Below are positions 38,762 through 49,661 of a stretch of 64,000 nucleotides of DNA, piece after piece. Location of the stretch: NCBI GenBank assembly GCA_040752695.1, contig JBFMGO010000002.1:1-64000 (forward strand), in the 5' to 3' direction. This DNA is from a bacterium. GTDB lineage: Bacteria; SZUA-182; DTGQ01. The position numbers and the translations under genes are program-made. Every line of letters begins with the position of its first letter. Position 1 is the stretch's first letter. The notes beneath the pieces are model-generated. The model made no database searches, was not told the DNA's origin, and worked only from the letters and a program-made list of their open reading frames with translations.

Positions 38762-39556
38762 TTACACTTTTTGATAAATCGAGGGCCGGACGTAGCGAAG
38801 TCCGGCAGTCATTCCAAGCAAACTTTCCGAATGGCCGACCAGTAAATATCCTTCGGTTCTGAGCAGGTTCCAAAACCGGTCAATCACCTTCCTGCGGCCC
38901 TGGTCATCGAAGTAAATCATTACATTGCGGCAAAAGATCGCGTCCAGAGGTCCCCGAAAGGGATATTGCTCACCCTGAAGGTTCAGATGGTTGAAAACAA
39001 CCATCTTCCGGATAAGATCCTGCACTTCCACACGATCCTTTCCCGCGGGCCGAAAGTATTTACTTTCCTGTGCCGGAAAATCGACCAGTTTTTGCTTATC
39101 ATAAATCCCTTGCCTGGCTGTGCTTAAAACCTGCCTTGAGATATCGGTAGCCAGGATTTTTATATCCAGAAATCTTTCTCCTTCAAGAGCCTCCAGGAGA
39201 GTAATGGCTAAAGAATAAGGTTCTTCTCCGCTTGAGCATCCGGCGGACCAGAATCGAAATTTTCGCTGACCTGCCTCGACCCATTTTTTTATGATAGAGG
39301 AAATGAAATCGAAGTGGTCCCCCTCTCGAAAGAAACTGGTAACATGGGTTGAGATGGCATCCAGCAGGAAGGATAATTCCCCCTTTTTTTGATCCCGGAC
39401 TACATATTCATAATAGTCCTGATAATCGGAGATACCCAGAGCATTCATTCTCTTGGCCACTCTGGCCTGAACCAGTTCTTTTTTGGTTTCTCCGAGATGA
39501 ATACCACTCTGGGCATAGATAAGGGTCGCGTATTTGGTATAGGTTCGATCGTCCAT
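38762..39556 (-). CDS. cheR: Chemotaxis protein methyltransferase
   Basis: TSFFRE, WSAGCSSGEEPYS, ATDIS, IFCRNVMIYF, GHSES. Confidence 0.96.
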   Translation of the reverse strand: MDDRTYTKYATLIYAQSGIHLGETKKELVQARVAKRMNALGISDYQDYYEYVVRDQKKGELSFLLDAISTHVTSFFREGDHFDFISSIIKKWVEAGQRKFRFWSAGCSSGEEPYSLAITLLEALEGERFLDIKILATDISRQVLSTARQGIYDKQKLVDFPAQESKYFRPAGKDRVEVQDLIRKMVVFNHLNLQGEQYPFRGPLDAIFCRNVMIYFDDQGRRKVIDRFWNLLRTEGYLLVGHSESLLGMTAGLRYVRPSIYQKV

Positions 39557-39792
39557 TTGGTTTTTCAGTCAGGAGTCACTGTGGTCAGCGATGGTCATAA
39601 GGTCCACTGCCTCATTAGTTTTTCGTGCTTTTGGTTTTTTGGAGAAGGGAGCCAGGAATCCAGCTTAGATCTTGTTTTCTTGAAGTTTTTGAATTCCTGG
39701 ATTCTGGCCCCTTGTTTTTCGGATTCCTGCTTCGAGCCTTCTGACTTTCCGGCCCCCCGGCCCTTTTTTGCCTTTGTCTTACCGCTTACCCA

Positions 39793-41769
39793 TTACCCAT
39801 TAAAGTCAGCGAAATCGTTATCATCCAGAGGGATAATTTCTTCAGGTTTGACCACCCTTCCTCCCTTTGGAGGAGTCTGCCCCCCCCTGGATCTTCTCTC
39901 GATCATTTCTCTTTTCGGCTCTGTCATTCTTGGAAGGTAGTGCTCAGGAGCAGCCTCTTCCCCGTTGGCTAATTGCCGTGCCGAGTCACTGCCGCCGACA
40001 ATTCTGGTTAAATCGGCCACCATCAGCTTCAGGTTTTCCGACTGCTGGTGCAATTTATCAGCGGAGTTAGCTCCCTGGGAGGCATTGGCTGCGGTTTGCT
40101 GGGTCACTTTATCCATCTGGCTGATGGCCATATTTACCTGGTCTATGCCCTGGGCCTGCTCTTTGGATGCGGCGGCAATCTCACTGACCAGGTCTGCTAC
40201 TTTCCCGGCACTTCCCGCCACTTTTTCAAAGGACTCAAACGTGCGTTTGGCCAGGCCGGAGCCGTCATTGATCTTGCGGACCGTATCTTCGATCATGCCG
40301 GAAGTATTTTTGGCTGCCTCGGCTGCTCTCTGAGCCAGATTGCGGACCTCATCCGCAACCACGGCAAAACCCTTGCCCGCTTCGCCTGCCCTGGCTGCCT
40401 CGACTGCTGCATTGAGGGCCAGGAGATTGGTCTGAAAGGCGATTTCATCAATGGTTTTGATGATTTTGCCTATTTCCTCGCCGGCAGTGGAAATTTCGGT
40501 CATGGATTTACTCATGGCCTGCATCGAGTGACTGGCCTCTGCAACTACGGTTCTGGTTTCCTCCATCAACTGGTTGGCCTGGTGGGCATGGTCTGCATTA
40601 TTCTTGGTCATGGAGGTAATCTCCTCCAGGGAAGCTGAGGTTTCCTGCAGGGAGGACGCCTGTTCCGAAGCACCCTCGGCCAGTTGCTGGCTGGCTGAAG
40701 AAATCTGCTCCGAAGCAGAATAGACATGCTGGGCTCCACCGGACAGGTTGAGAATAATACGCCGCAGGTTGCCTACGATGTTGCCGGACAGAAAGAAGGC
40801 TATCAGGCAGCCGAGAGCCAGGGTAAGCAGGGCGGCTATGGGAATGAATTTATTGGCGAATGAGTAGAAGGATGTGTACTTTTCGGCGATGATCTTATTA
40901 TGTTTCGCCAGAATATCATCCGCCTCGGTCAAAGATCCCATGACCAGATCGATATTGCGGAGGGTCGAATCCTGAAAGATCTGAACTGCCCGGTTATTAT
41001 TTTCGATTATATTGTCTATGTAACCCATAGTCTCCCTGTAGCAGGCGCCAATCTGTTCCAGAGCAGACAGGGTTTCCCCTTCATAAATCGCCATGGCTTT
41101 ATCTTTGTCTCCACTCTCATAGGCATCGATAATACTCCGGGCTGAATAGTGGAGCGCCTCATGGGGTTTTTCCCATTTTTTCAGCAATCCCTCAAGTTCT
41201 CGATCCTCTGTATGGAATGTATAATACCATTGGCCAAAGGCGCACTGGCGGGGGTCCAGGGCACCGGTAAACCTCTTTGAGGTTAACAGGTAGTTACTCA
41301 GGCCGTTAACCCAATTCAGGTGATCGACCCAGCGCTCAGCCAGCATGGCATCAATTGTCCGGTCAAATTCTACATACAAGTCATCAATCTGTTTGGCTGA
41401 ATCATGCATCTCCTTATGGGGTTGTTTGATTTTATCCAGGAGCCGGGCAATTTCCGGATCGACGCTGGCTAACTGGCCGTTTTCTTCACTATAGAGCCAC
41501 TTTCCGAATCTACATTGATGATCATCGGTCTGAACATGCAGCTCAGTGACATCTTTTCTCAAAAATAAATCAGAGACAGCATTGATCCATGCCTGATGGT
41601 CTCTTTCCGCCTGATGGATCCGGGCACCTTGATCCAGGGTGCGCGCATTTGCCTGTCTCAAGGCTTCCATCCGGTGAATGACATAATAACTGGTACCGCC
41701 CATGGCCGTAAGAAGCACAAGAATGACCGCAAACCCGACTCCTATTCTCTTCCCTATGGTATCCATCAT
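39793..41769 (-). CDS. Methyl-accepting chemotaxis protein with two CZB-like domains
   Basis: Two TM segments; H..W ... C.FG.W ... H..(M/L)H twice; [37 protein letters not shown]. Confidence 0.93.
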   Translation of the reverse strand: MMDTIGKRIGVGFAVILVLLTAMGGTSYYVIHRMEALRQANARTLDQGARIHQAERDHQAWINAVSDLFLRKDVTELHVQTDDHQCRFGKWLYSEENGQLASVDPEIARLLDKIKQPHKEMHDSAKQIDDLYVEFDRTIDAMLAERWVDHLNWVNGLSNYLLTSKRFTGALDPRQCAFGQWYYTFHTEDRELEGLLKKWEKPHEALHYSARSIIDAYESGDKDKAMAIYEGETLSALEQIGACYRETMGYIDNIIENNNRAVQIFQDSTLRNIDLVMGSLTEADDILAKHNKIIAEKYTSFYSFANKFIPIAALLTLALGCLIAFFLSGNIVGNLRRIILNLSGGAQHVYSASEQISSASQQLAEGASEQASSLQETSASLEEITSMTKNNADHAHQANQLMEETRTVVAEASHSMQAMSKSMTEISTAGEEIGKIIKTIDEIAFQTNLLALNAAVEAARAGEAGKGFAVVADEVRNLAQRAAEAAKNTSGMIEDTVRKINDGSGLAKRTFESFEKVAGSAGKVADLVSEIAAASKEQAQGIDQVNMAISQMDKVTQQTAANASQGANSADKLHQQSENLKLMVADLTRIVGGSDSARQLANGEEAAPEHYLPRMTEPKREMIERRSRGGQTPPKGGRVVKPEEIIPLDDNDFADFNG

Positions 41770-42323
41770 TATTTTTCCTCCTCCTCAGAATAATCACGCG
41801 CATCGTTCGCTTCACCTGACCGCAAGCCTTCCATCAGCATCATTCCCTCAGCATTGAGAACCTGATTGATATCCAATAAGATGATTACCTTCCCCTTGAT
41901 CTTGGCCATGCCCATGATGTATTCGGTATCCAGCTTCACGCCGAAATTGGGGGTTATTTCCATTTCCTCCACTTTGATATGCAAGACTTCGGATACCGAA
42001 TCAACTACCATACCCATGGGTATGGTTCCTGATTTTCCGTTGATTTCCGTCACGATGATACACGTGCGGTCGGTATGCTGAAGAAACTCCATGCCAAATT
42101 TCAGGCGCAGGTTAATCACCGGAATGATCTTGCCCCGAAGGTTGATTACACCCTCCACATAGGAGGGAGTTTGCGGTACAGCCGTTACTTCCATGGCCCC
42201 GATAATTTCTTTTACCTTCATGATTTCCAATCCGTATTCCTGACGAGCCAGGGTAAAGGTCAGGAATTTTCCCTCTTTCCCGGTCAGTGATTGATTGCTC
42301 TTCTCTAACAACGCTTCCGGCAT
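41769..42323 (-). CDS. cheW: Chemotaxis coupling protein
   Basis: [39 protein letters not shown]. Confidence 0.95.
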   Translation of the reverse strand: MPEALLEKSNQSLTGKEGKFLTFTLARQEYGLEIMKVKEIIGAMEVTAVPQTPSYVEGVINLRGKIIPVINLRLKFGMEFLQHTDRTCIIVTEINGKSGTIPMGMVVDSVSEVLHIKVEEMEITPNFGVKLDTEYIMGMAKIKGKVIILLDINQVLNAEGMMLMEGLRSGEANDARDYSEEEEK

Positions 42324-42455
42324 GGTGTTTTTCTCCCTCTATTGATAGAGTATGAATATATATAAATACTTATTTTTAATTGTCCGGAAATCTCCTGAGA
42401 GTTGTCTCCCTCATGGTATTTCCTTGTTTGTTCATCACTCCCTCGCCAGATTCCC

Positions 42456-44285
42456 TTATTGAAAAGATGATTCGGAGCGACAGGACAGATCAGCACGGTA
42501 ATGCGAGGAGTAATATTCGAGTAATCCATGGGCGTCCAAAATCAGCCCTATCCGGCCGTCGGCCAGAATGGCACCACCGGAAATACCCATAAGACCCTGG
42601 AATGCCTCGCCTAACGATTTAATGACCACCTGCTGCTGGCCGATGAGATTATCCACAAAAAATCCGACCCGGTTCGCTCCATCGCGGATGACCATAACCA
42701 GTCCTTCGGATTCCAACTGTTCTTCGGCCGATGTGCTCATCCCCAGGAGCTGGTCCAGACAGATCAGGGGAATGATCGAATCTCTCAGGTGCAGTACCTT
42801 CCCCCGGCTGTGACAGACAACGATCTGTTCTTTTTTGGGTTTGAGAGATTCTTCAATGCAGTAGGTGGGGAATATGTAGCGCTCCTTTCCTGCCTGGATC
42901 AGCATGCCGTCAATAATGGCCATAGTCAGGGGGAGCCGGATGCAGAAGCTGGTTCCTTCCCCCTCTTTACTTTCCAGGGATATTACACCCCGTAAGGCTC
43001 CCACCTTTTTCTTAACCACATCCATTCCCACACCGCGGCCTGAGATATCGGTGATTTTCTCAGCCGTAGAAAATCCGGGATGAAAGATAAAATTAAGGAT
43101 TTCTCCTCGCGAGTATTCCTTTCCTTCAACGATGAGCCCTTTTTGCAGGGCCTTTTCATAGATTTTTTTTTCGGACAGGCCCCGGCCATCATCCCTCACT
43201 TCAATGATGATATTTCCCGCCTCGTGCCGGGCCTCCAGATGGATGTTCCCCACTTTATCCTTGCCCAGGGCGGTTCTGGTTTCCGGCTCCTCGAGTCCAT
43301 GGTCTACTGCATTGCGCAGCATATGGACCAGGGGATCGCCCAGGGAGTCTATAACCTGCTTGTCGAGCTCGGTCTCCTCGCCCTTTAGGGTAACCTTCAC
43401 TATCTTGTTGGCTTTTCGGCTTACATCCCGCACCAGCCTCTCCATCCTCTGGAAAAGAGGGCGGATCGGCAGCATATGCATGGACATGGTCAGGTTTTGC
43501 AGTTCCCTGGTGATTTTGCCCAATTGGGCGATATTCTTGCTGAGCTTCTGATCGTGGATATCACTGCTGGCCACCTGGATTTGAGCGATCACCAGTTCTC
43601 CGACCATATCTACCAGGCTGTCCAGTTTATCTACGCTGACCCTGATTCCCTCTTCACTCTGGGGTCTTCGGCCTTCCGGCGAAACTGCCTGCGTCTGGGA
43701 GATTTTCTGTTCACGGATCGCTTTGGCCACGTCCCTGGATTCTACCTTGCCGGTTCTGATCAATACCTCTCCGATTTTGCCTGGCTTGCCTTCGGCCTGT
43801 TGCTGCAAGGCATCCTGAATGTCATCCTCGGTGACGGTTCCCTGTTCCACCATGATTTCTCCGAGCTTTTTGCTGTCGTCATCCATGGTGGCCAATTTCA
43901 GCCTGCTGATCAATTGAGCAACTTCAGGAGGGACATCCTCCTGGGAGATGCTTCCTTTATTTACCTCTGTCAGCACCTTTCCCACCAGCTTGCGCAGTAC
44001 GTCCACCGTTTCAAAGAGCATATCGATCACGATGGATCGCAAAGCTATCCCCTTATCCCTGGCCGTAACCAGGATGTCCTCCGCCACATGGGTCAGTTGG
44101 CCGATGGCGGCAAGGTTAAAAAATCCCGCTACACCCTTGATGGTATGCATAGGCCGGAAAGCCGCATTAATAGCTTCCTTATCCTTTGGATTCTCTTCCA
44201 GAGACAGAAGAGCCATATCCATATTGTCCAGATGCTCCTTCGCCTCCGCACAAAACTCCATTATCAATTCCGCATCTTCTAACAT
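42456..44285 (-). CDS. cheA: Chemotaxis histidine kinase (P2 apparently replaced by an MshEN-like motif)
   Basis: Hpt HTIKG, dimerisation KLDSLVDMVGEL, HMLRNAVDHG, DDGRG, GFSTA..SGRGVGMDVV, C-terminal CheW-like P5. Confidence 0.96.
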   Translation of the reverse strand: MLEDAELIMEFCAEAKEHLDNMDMALLSLEENPKDKEAINAAFRPMHTIKGVAGFFNLAAIGQLTHVAEDILVTARDKGIALRSIVIDMLFETVDVLRKLVGKVLTEVNKGSISQEDVPPEVAQLISRLKLATMDDDSKKLGEIMVEQGTVTEDDIQDALQQQAEGKPGKIGEVLIRTGKVESRDVAKAIREQKISQTQAVSPEGRRPQSEEGIRVSVDKLDSLVDMVGELVIAQIQVASSDIHDQKLSKNIAQLGKITRELQNLTMSMHMLPIRPLFQRMERLVRDVSRKANKIVKVTLKGEETELDKQVIDSLGDPLVHMLRNAVDHGLEEPETRTALGKDKVGNIHLEARHEAGNIIIEVRDDGRGLSEKKIYEKALQKGLIVEGKEYSRGEILNFIFHPGFSTAEKITDISGRGVGMDVVKKKVGALRGVISLESKEGEGTSFCIRLPLTMAIIDGMLIQAGKERYIFPTYCIEESLKPKKEQIVVCHSRGKVLHLRDSIIPLICLDQLLGMSTSAEEQLESEGLVMVIRDGANRVGFFVDNLIGQQQVVIKSLGEAFQGLMGISGGAILADGRIGLILDAHGLLEYYSSHYRADLSCRSESSFQ

Positions 44286-44579
44286 AGGAAACTCCTGTTT
44301 TTTTCATAAGGATAGTATCAGAAAGCTGGGTATTGAAGACTGACCGGGGGGAAAATGGTCCTTTCTCCCTTTGATTTCTCTTTACGGTTAAAAGGTCAGG
44401 AGACTTCTGAAAATTTGTTATGGATAAACGCTGTTCTGTATTCATGGCAGTATTTTTAAATATGTGGCGAGTAAAAAAAGCCATATATCCGATCACCGAT
44501 CTTTGCTTTCCGAATAATAAAGCAACCTTATTTCCTGTAAAACGACTCTATCGTGTGCACCTGTTAGTAATTGGGGATT

Positions 44580-46547
44580 ATGAAAATACGGAGCTTTACG
44601 CAAAAGATCGTCATCAGCTTCCTGACTGTGCTCCTTTTGATAGCCGCACTCGCTTCTGTTTCCTACCATGCCTTTATTAGGATGGAAAGGCTATCCGAAG
44701 AGCTGAACCAAATGCTCCTTTTGGACATGTTTCTGGACGAGAGCATGGGCTTTCACCGGAAATGGATGAACGATTTAGCTCAGGTTTTCCTCCTGGACCG
44801 AAAGTTTCAAGGAAATCTGGACCCCAGTAAGTGCGAATTCGGTAAATGGCATCGGTCCTTCGAACCTCCGGATGCAGAAATTGCGGAACTGCACAAGGGA
44901 ATTGAGAAGCCTCATCGGATACTTCACGAGTCAGCCAGAGAGATCCTTTCTCTCATCTATACGCCTGGCCTTGAAAGAGAATTGGCTCACCATCTGGAGG
45001 ATCAAAAGAATGCGTATTTGTCCTGGCTGCTCACCCTTTCCAAGGCCATAGGGAATAAGGACAAGAACCTTCTTGCTTCCTGTGAAAAGATAACTTACTC
45101 TTTCGACCAGTTGTATGATGGTTTTGCCGAAGGTGATGAAAAGGGCATTTCCGGCCTGCAGGCGCTGGAAGAATTTCGCCGCTGTTTGAGCAGCACCACC
45201 AGGCAGGTGTTTCAACTGGCCCGGCAGGACAGGTGGAAGGAAGCTGACAGGATATACCGTCAGGATATCCTGCCGGTTAACGAGAAATTCCTGGAGTGCT
45301 TTTCCGCGCTGGAGAAATTGATCCATCAAAGGATCGATGGCAACCGGCGGGCAAGGGAAATTTTTGCCAGCCACACCATGCCGGCCATGGAGGATCTTCA
45401 GCAGTTGGTTGACCGTATCCGTATCAAGCTCATGGGACGAATTGATAAAATGGAGAAAGAATACACCCGGGTGGTCAGAAGATCGAAAACCTTTATTGTC
45501 TGGTCAATTGTGCTCATTTTCTCTTTGGCCGTTTTGTACAGCATCCTCATCCCTCAGTCCCTTACCAGGCCGATCAAGCATCTTACTCAGTTCGCCAACC
45601 GGATTGCTACAGAGGGGGATTTATCGGAAACCATCGAGATCAGCAACAGGGATGAAATCGGCCAACTCGCTTCCTCGTTTAACCGGATGGTTCAGGCGTT
45701 GCGAAAGTCCAGGGAGGAACTGGAGGAGTGGGGGAAGACCCTGGAGAAAAAAGTGGAGTCCCGAACCAAGGACTTGAAGGATGCTTATCAGAAGCTGGAG
45801 ACGGCCAATGCCCACCTGATTCAATCGTCCAAGCTGGCCTCTATCGGTGAGTTGGCGGCAGGGATGGCACATGAAATTAACAATCCCATGAATATCGTTA
45901 TCGGCTATGCGGAATTGCTGCTCGACGAGGTTACACCCGATACGGAGAGCTCTACCTATATTCAGGGCATACTGGAGGCAGGTCAAAGAGTCAGCGTCAT
46001 TATTAAAAATCTGCTGATTTTTGCCCGCCAGGGCAAGCAAGAGTATAGCAGTTTTTCTGTTCACGCTCTGATCGATCATGCGCTTTCATTCGTGCAAAGG
46101 CTTCTGGAAAAGGAGGGTATCCGGATTGAACGGAACTATGAGCATGACCTTCCCCTCCTTTACGTGAGGGGCAGCCAACTGGAGCAGGTATTTCTCAACC
46201 TGATTATGAACGCCAAGGACGCTTTGCTGGACAAAGCTGAAAAAAAAGGAGAAACCTTCGATAAAGTGCTCAAGATCCAGGCCCGGCGGGTTCAGGAGAA
46301 CCAAGTCCCCATGGTCCGGATCACCTTCCGCGATACAGGAGCAGGGATCAAGCCGGAAAACCTTAACCGGGTGTTTGATCCTTTTTTCACCACGAAGAGA
46401 GAAGACAGAGGAACGGGGTTGGGATTAAGTATCAGTTACGGAATTATCAAAGACCACCAGGGGAGCATCCGGGTCGAGAGCCGTGAAGGAGAATTTACGG
46501 AATTCACTGTTGATTTGCCGGTAAAAGATGCTCCTTTACGATCCTGA
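44580..46547 (+). CDS. Membrane sensor histidine kinase with an extracytoplasmic CZB-like domain, HAMP, HisKA and HATPase
   Basis: TM1; FHRKW ... KCEFGKW ... PHRILH; TM2; DEIGQLASSFNRM; AHEINNP; QVFLNLIMNA; FDPFFTTK; GTGLGL. Confidence 0.9.
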   Translation: MKIRSFTQKIVISFLTVLLLIAALASVSYHAFIRMERLSEELNQMLLLDMFLDESMGFHRKWMNDLAQVFLLDRKFQGNLDPSKCEFGKWHRSFEPPDAEIAELHKGIEKPHRILHESAREILSLIYTPGLERELAHHLEDQKNAYLSWLLTLSKAIGNKDKNLLASCEKITYSFDQLYDGFAEGDEKGISGLQALEEFRRCLSSTTRQVFQLARQDRWKEADRIYRQDILPVNEKFLECFSALEKLIHQRIDGNRRAREIFASHTMPAMEDLQQLVDRIRIKLMGRIDKMEKEYTRVVRRSKTFIVWSIVLIFSLAVLYSILIPQSLTRPIKHLTQFANRIATEGDLSETIEISNRDEIGQLASSFNRMVQALRKSREELEEWGKTLEKKVESRTKDLKDAYQKLETANAHLIQSSKLASIGELAAGMAHEINNPMNIVIGYAELLLDEVTPDTESSTYIQGILEAGQRVSVIIKNLLIFARQGKQEYSSFSVHALIDHALSFVQRLLEKEGIRIERNYEHDLPLLYVRGSQLEQVFLNLIMNAKDALLDKAEKKGETFDKVLKIQARRVQENQVPMVRITFRDTGAGIKPENLNRVFDPFFTTKREDRGTGLGLSISYGIIKDHQGSIRVESREGEFTEFTVDLPVKDAPLRS

Positions 46548-46558
46548 GGAGACGAGGT

Positions 46559-48061
46559 ATGCAATGTATTCTCGTAATTGATGACGAGCCGGGAATTCGT
46601 ATTACCTTCTCCAAGATGTTGGAGAGGGAAGGATATGCAGTCAGGACTGCTTCCGATTTAAATGATGTGCAGGAGATGTTAAAGAACCACAGCTTTGATG
46701 TGATCATCAGCGATATTTTCATTCCTGGCACGAATGGCATTGAATTGCTGAAGCTTATGAAGCAGCACTTTCCGGAAACTCCTGTCATCATGATTACCGG
46801 AGAACCGAATATCGACACTGCTATCGAATCAGTCCGACAGGGAGCTTATGATTATCTTTCCAAACCGATCACCCGCCAGCAATTGTGCCAGGTTGTGGGC
46901 AGGGCTGTAGAGAAAAAGTGGCTCACTGACGAGCGCAAAAGGCTTGAAGAGGAGAACCTGAAGTATCAGCGGGAACTGGAGAGCAAAGTCAGGGAGCGAA
47001 CCATCGCTCTGGAGGAGCTGAATACTTTCGTCACGAATGTTATCGAGAGTATCTCGTCCGCTCTGATTACGCTGGACCTTTCGGGGAATATTACCATGGT
47101 CAATACCCACGCTCTCGAGCTGCTCGGTATTGAAAACAAAGACCATATCCTGGGGGGAAATTATCGAACGGTATTCCCCCCCGACCTTGTCCAGGCAATG
47201 CACACGATTTTCCACGAAGAGGACTGGAACACCTCTCATGAATTCGAGTTGCAGAAACAGACCATTGGCTATACCATCTCGCTCCTTCTGGATAACGAGC
47301 AAAAAGTGAAGGGAAATGTGCTCGTTATGAGAGATATTTCGGAAAAGAAGAGATTGGAGCAGGAATTAATTCAATCGGAGAAACTGGCTACCATGGGGCT
47401 TTTAGCGGGGAAAATCAGCCATGAGATGGGAAATCCCCTGTTTGGCATTATGGGATATGCGGAATTACTGGAGTCGAAATATCCGAAGGAAAAAAACATC
47501 AGGTTCATTATCAATCAGGCACTTCGGTTGAAAAAAATGACCAAGGATCTGCTCACGATCAGCAAACCCAAGCCGCCTCTGATCAGCGCTGTCGATATCA
47601 ATCAGGTTCTGAAAGACACCATGGACTTTTTGCGGGAAATCACAGGCCAGATTAAATACCATGAGGTTCTCCAGGAATATGCCCAAAATCTGCCTTCAAT
47701 TCAGGGAGATGCGGAACAGCTTAAGCAGGTTTTTGTGAACTTGATCGTCAATGCTTCCCAGGCCATGCGCAACCGGATCGAAGGGAGCGTTCTGACTATA
47801 GGGACCGCCCTGGCCGAGGGAGGCCAAAAGGTGCTGATCTATGTCCAGGATAATGGCTGCGGAATTGCTCCTGAGGACCTGGACAGAATTTTCGATCCTT
47901 TTTACACAACGAAAGGAGATGAGGGAACAGGCTTGGGTATGGCGGTGATCAAGGAGATCGTTCATAAGCATCACGGACAGATACACATTGAAAGTAAGGT
48001 GGGAGAGGGAACCAGGGCTTCGGTTATTCTGCCGGTGGAGAGGATGAAGGACCTCCTTTAA
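46559..48061 (+). CDS. Hybrid response regulator/histidine kinase (REC-PAS-HisKA-HATPase)
   Basis: ILVIDDE, IISDI, YLSKP; PAS-like ITLDLSGNITMVN; SHEMGNP; DNGCG; GTGLG. Confidence 0.9.
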   Translation: MQCILVIDDEPGIRITFSKMLEREGYAVRTASDLNDVQEMLKNHSFDVIISDIFIPGTNGIELLKLMKQHFPETPVIMITGEPNIDTAIESVRQGAYDYLSKPITRQQLCQVVGRAVEKKWLTDERKRLEEENLKYQRELESKVRERTIALEELNTFVTNVIESISSALITLDLSGNITMVNTHALELLGIENKDHILGGNYRTVFPPDLVQAMHTIFHEEDWNTSHEFELQKQTIGYTISLLLDNEQKVKGNVLVMRDISEKKRLEQELIQSEKLATMGLLAGKISHEMGNPLFGIMGYAELLESKYPKEKNIRFIINQALRLKKMTKDLLTISKPKPPLISAVDINQVLKDTMDFLREITGQIKYHEVLQEYAQNLPSIQGDAEQLKQVFVNLIVNASQAMRNRIEGSVLTIGTALAEGGQKVLIYVQDNGCGIAPEDLDRIFDPFYTTKGDEGTGLGMAVIKEIVHKHHGQIHIESKVGEGTRASVILPVERMKDLL

Positions 48062-48092
48062 GCCGCTGATCCTCCTTTGCCTTTTGTCTTTT

Positions 48093-48944
48093 TCAGCTAA
48101 AATTTCCTTTTTCAGCCTCATAGCTCGTTTTAACATTTTCAGCTAACTGGAGAATATCAAGTCCCGTGATTCCCAGGATCTGAACTGATTTGAGTGCCTG
48201 AAAATCGATATCCGTCCGGGGTTGACGATAGCCGATGCCTAAATAGATGCATATGGCATCGCTCAGGTTCAAGAGAGCTGCAAATTTAAGTATTTCTACC
48301 TCCAGAGGATCAACCCCATCGAGGTTGTGGTGATAGGTAACCGCCTCTTCCAAATCCTTGGAAAGGTTCCATTTTTGTACGATTAACCCGCCTACTTCGG
48401 CATGCGTAAAGCCCAGTTTCTCTCTTTCGGCCTCGACAAATGGGATATCTTCATTGTAAGCTACCTGTACAATCTCGCTGAAATCCTCGTTTAATTGGTT
48501 ATTCAGAATCACCTTGCCGATATCGTGCATCAATCCTCCAATAAAGGCCTCTTCTGCATGGCAATGCAGTTTTTGGGACAGGATGTGAGCAGCTATGGCT
48601 GATGCGACCGAGTGTTCCCAGAGCATTTTTTCGATAAGGTTTATCCTTCGGTAAAAACTCTCCAGGGATGCAGCCAGAGCCAGAGTCCTTATTCCCTTGA
48701 ACCCGATCAAAACGATAGCCGCAGCCAGGGTATTGATGGCCCTGATACATCCATAGAAGGAAGAATTGGCAATCTTCAGGATCTTTGCGGTCAGTGCCTG
48801 GTCCGCGAGAATAGCCCGCTCCAGAACCCTGGCGTCCGTATTGGGATCAGAAGCTAAAGATACGATCCGGTTGGCCACTAAGGGCATCGGAGGAAGATCA
48901 CAGGTGGAATCGATGACTGCCTTTAGTTCCCTGTTTATAGGCAT
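48093..48944 (-). CDS. HDOD domain protein
   Basis: LPPMP, DQALTAKILKIANSSFYG, LWEHS, GLMHDIGK, HAEVG..W. Confidence 0.92.
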   Translation of the reverse strand: MPINRELKAVIDSTCDLPPMPLVANRIVSLASDPNTDARVLERAILADQALTAKILKIANSSFYGCIRAINTLAAAIVLIGFKGIRTLALAASLESFYRRINLIEKMLWEHSVASAIAAHILSQKLHCHAEEAFIGGLMHDIGKVILNNQLNEDFSEIVQVAYNEDIPFVEAEREKLGFTHAEVGGLIVQKWNLSKDLEEAVTYHHNLDGVDPLEVEILKFAALLNLSDAICIYLGIGYRQPRTDIDFQALKSVQILGITGLDILQLAENVKTSYEAEKGNFS

Positions 48945-49260
48945 GATGATAGCCTCCTTGAAAAACGATGCTGGACTAACGATCCATACTCACTATGCAT
49001 GTGCGCAGTTTTTAACCTTACTTGAATATCACAAAGTAACCGCTAAGGCAACAGCAATTCTCATCTTTTCTCTTCTTGTCACGGAGCGCTTGTCAAAAAC
49101 CTTCATAGGGAATGGTTGACGCTTTCCCGAATTCAGCCCATTCCGGCAGATATTTCCGATCTGCCGATGATCGGCTGTTTCCAGGCCGAAAAAGGAAAAT
49201 ATAGCAGTGGACGAAGTACCTCATGAATGGATACTGCCATCATCAACCAAGGAGGACGGA

Positions 49261-49638
49261 ATGAGTATAAAGGTCATGATAGTGGATGATTCTCTGGTAA
49301 TGAGAAAGCTCGTTATTAAAAGTCTCAAGCAGATCGGTGTTGATGTTGATCCTGTCGAAGCCTCCGACGGAAAGGATGCGCTGAAAAAATTGGACCCGAA
49401 ATCGATACAGTTGATCATCAGTGATTGGAACATGCCCCAGATGGATGGATTAACCTTTGTCAAAAAGGTGAGAGAAACCAAGGATAAAAAGCATATTCCG
49501 ATTATTATGCTCACTACCGAAGGGAGTATGGCCAAATTCGAGGAGGCTCTCAACTGCGGGGTCGATGACTATATTACCAAACCCTTCACTCCTGATAAGC
49601 TGAAGAAAAAGTTTGATAAGGTTATGGGCAAGGCCTGA
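49261..49638 (+). CDS. cheY: Chemotaxis response regulator
   Basis: Stand-alone REC: VDDS, ISDWNMP.MDG, MLTTE, YITKPF; RBS aggagg; adjacent to cheX. Confidence 0.88.
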   Translation: MSIKVMIVDDSLVMRKLVIKSLKQIGVDVDPVEASDGKDALKKLDPKSIQLIISDWNMPQMDGLTFVKKVRETKDKKHIPIIMLTTEGSMAKFEEALNCGVDDYITKPFTPDKLKKKFDKVMGKA

Positions 49639-49661
49639 TCAGGAAAAGGAGAGGGAGATTC

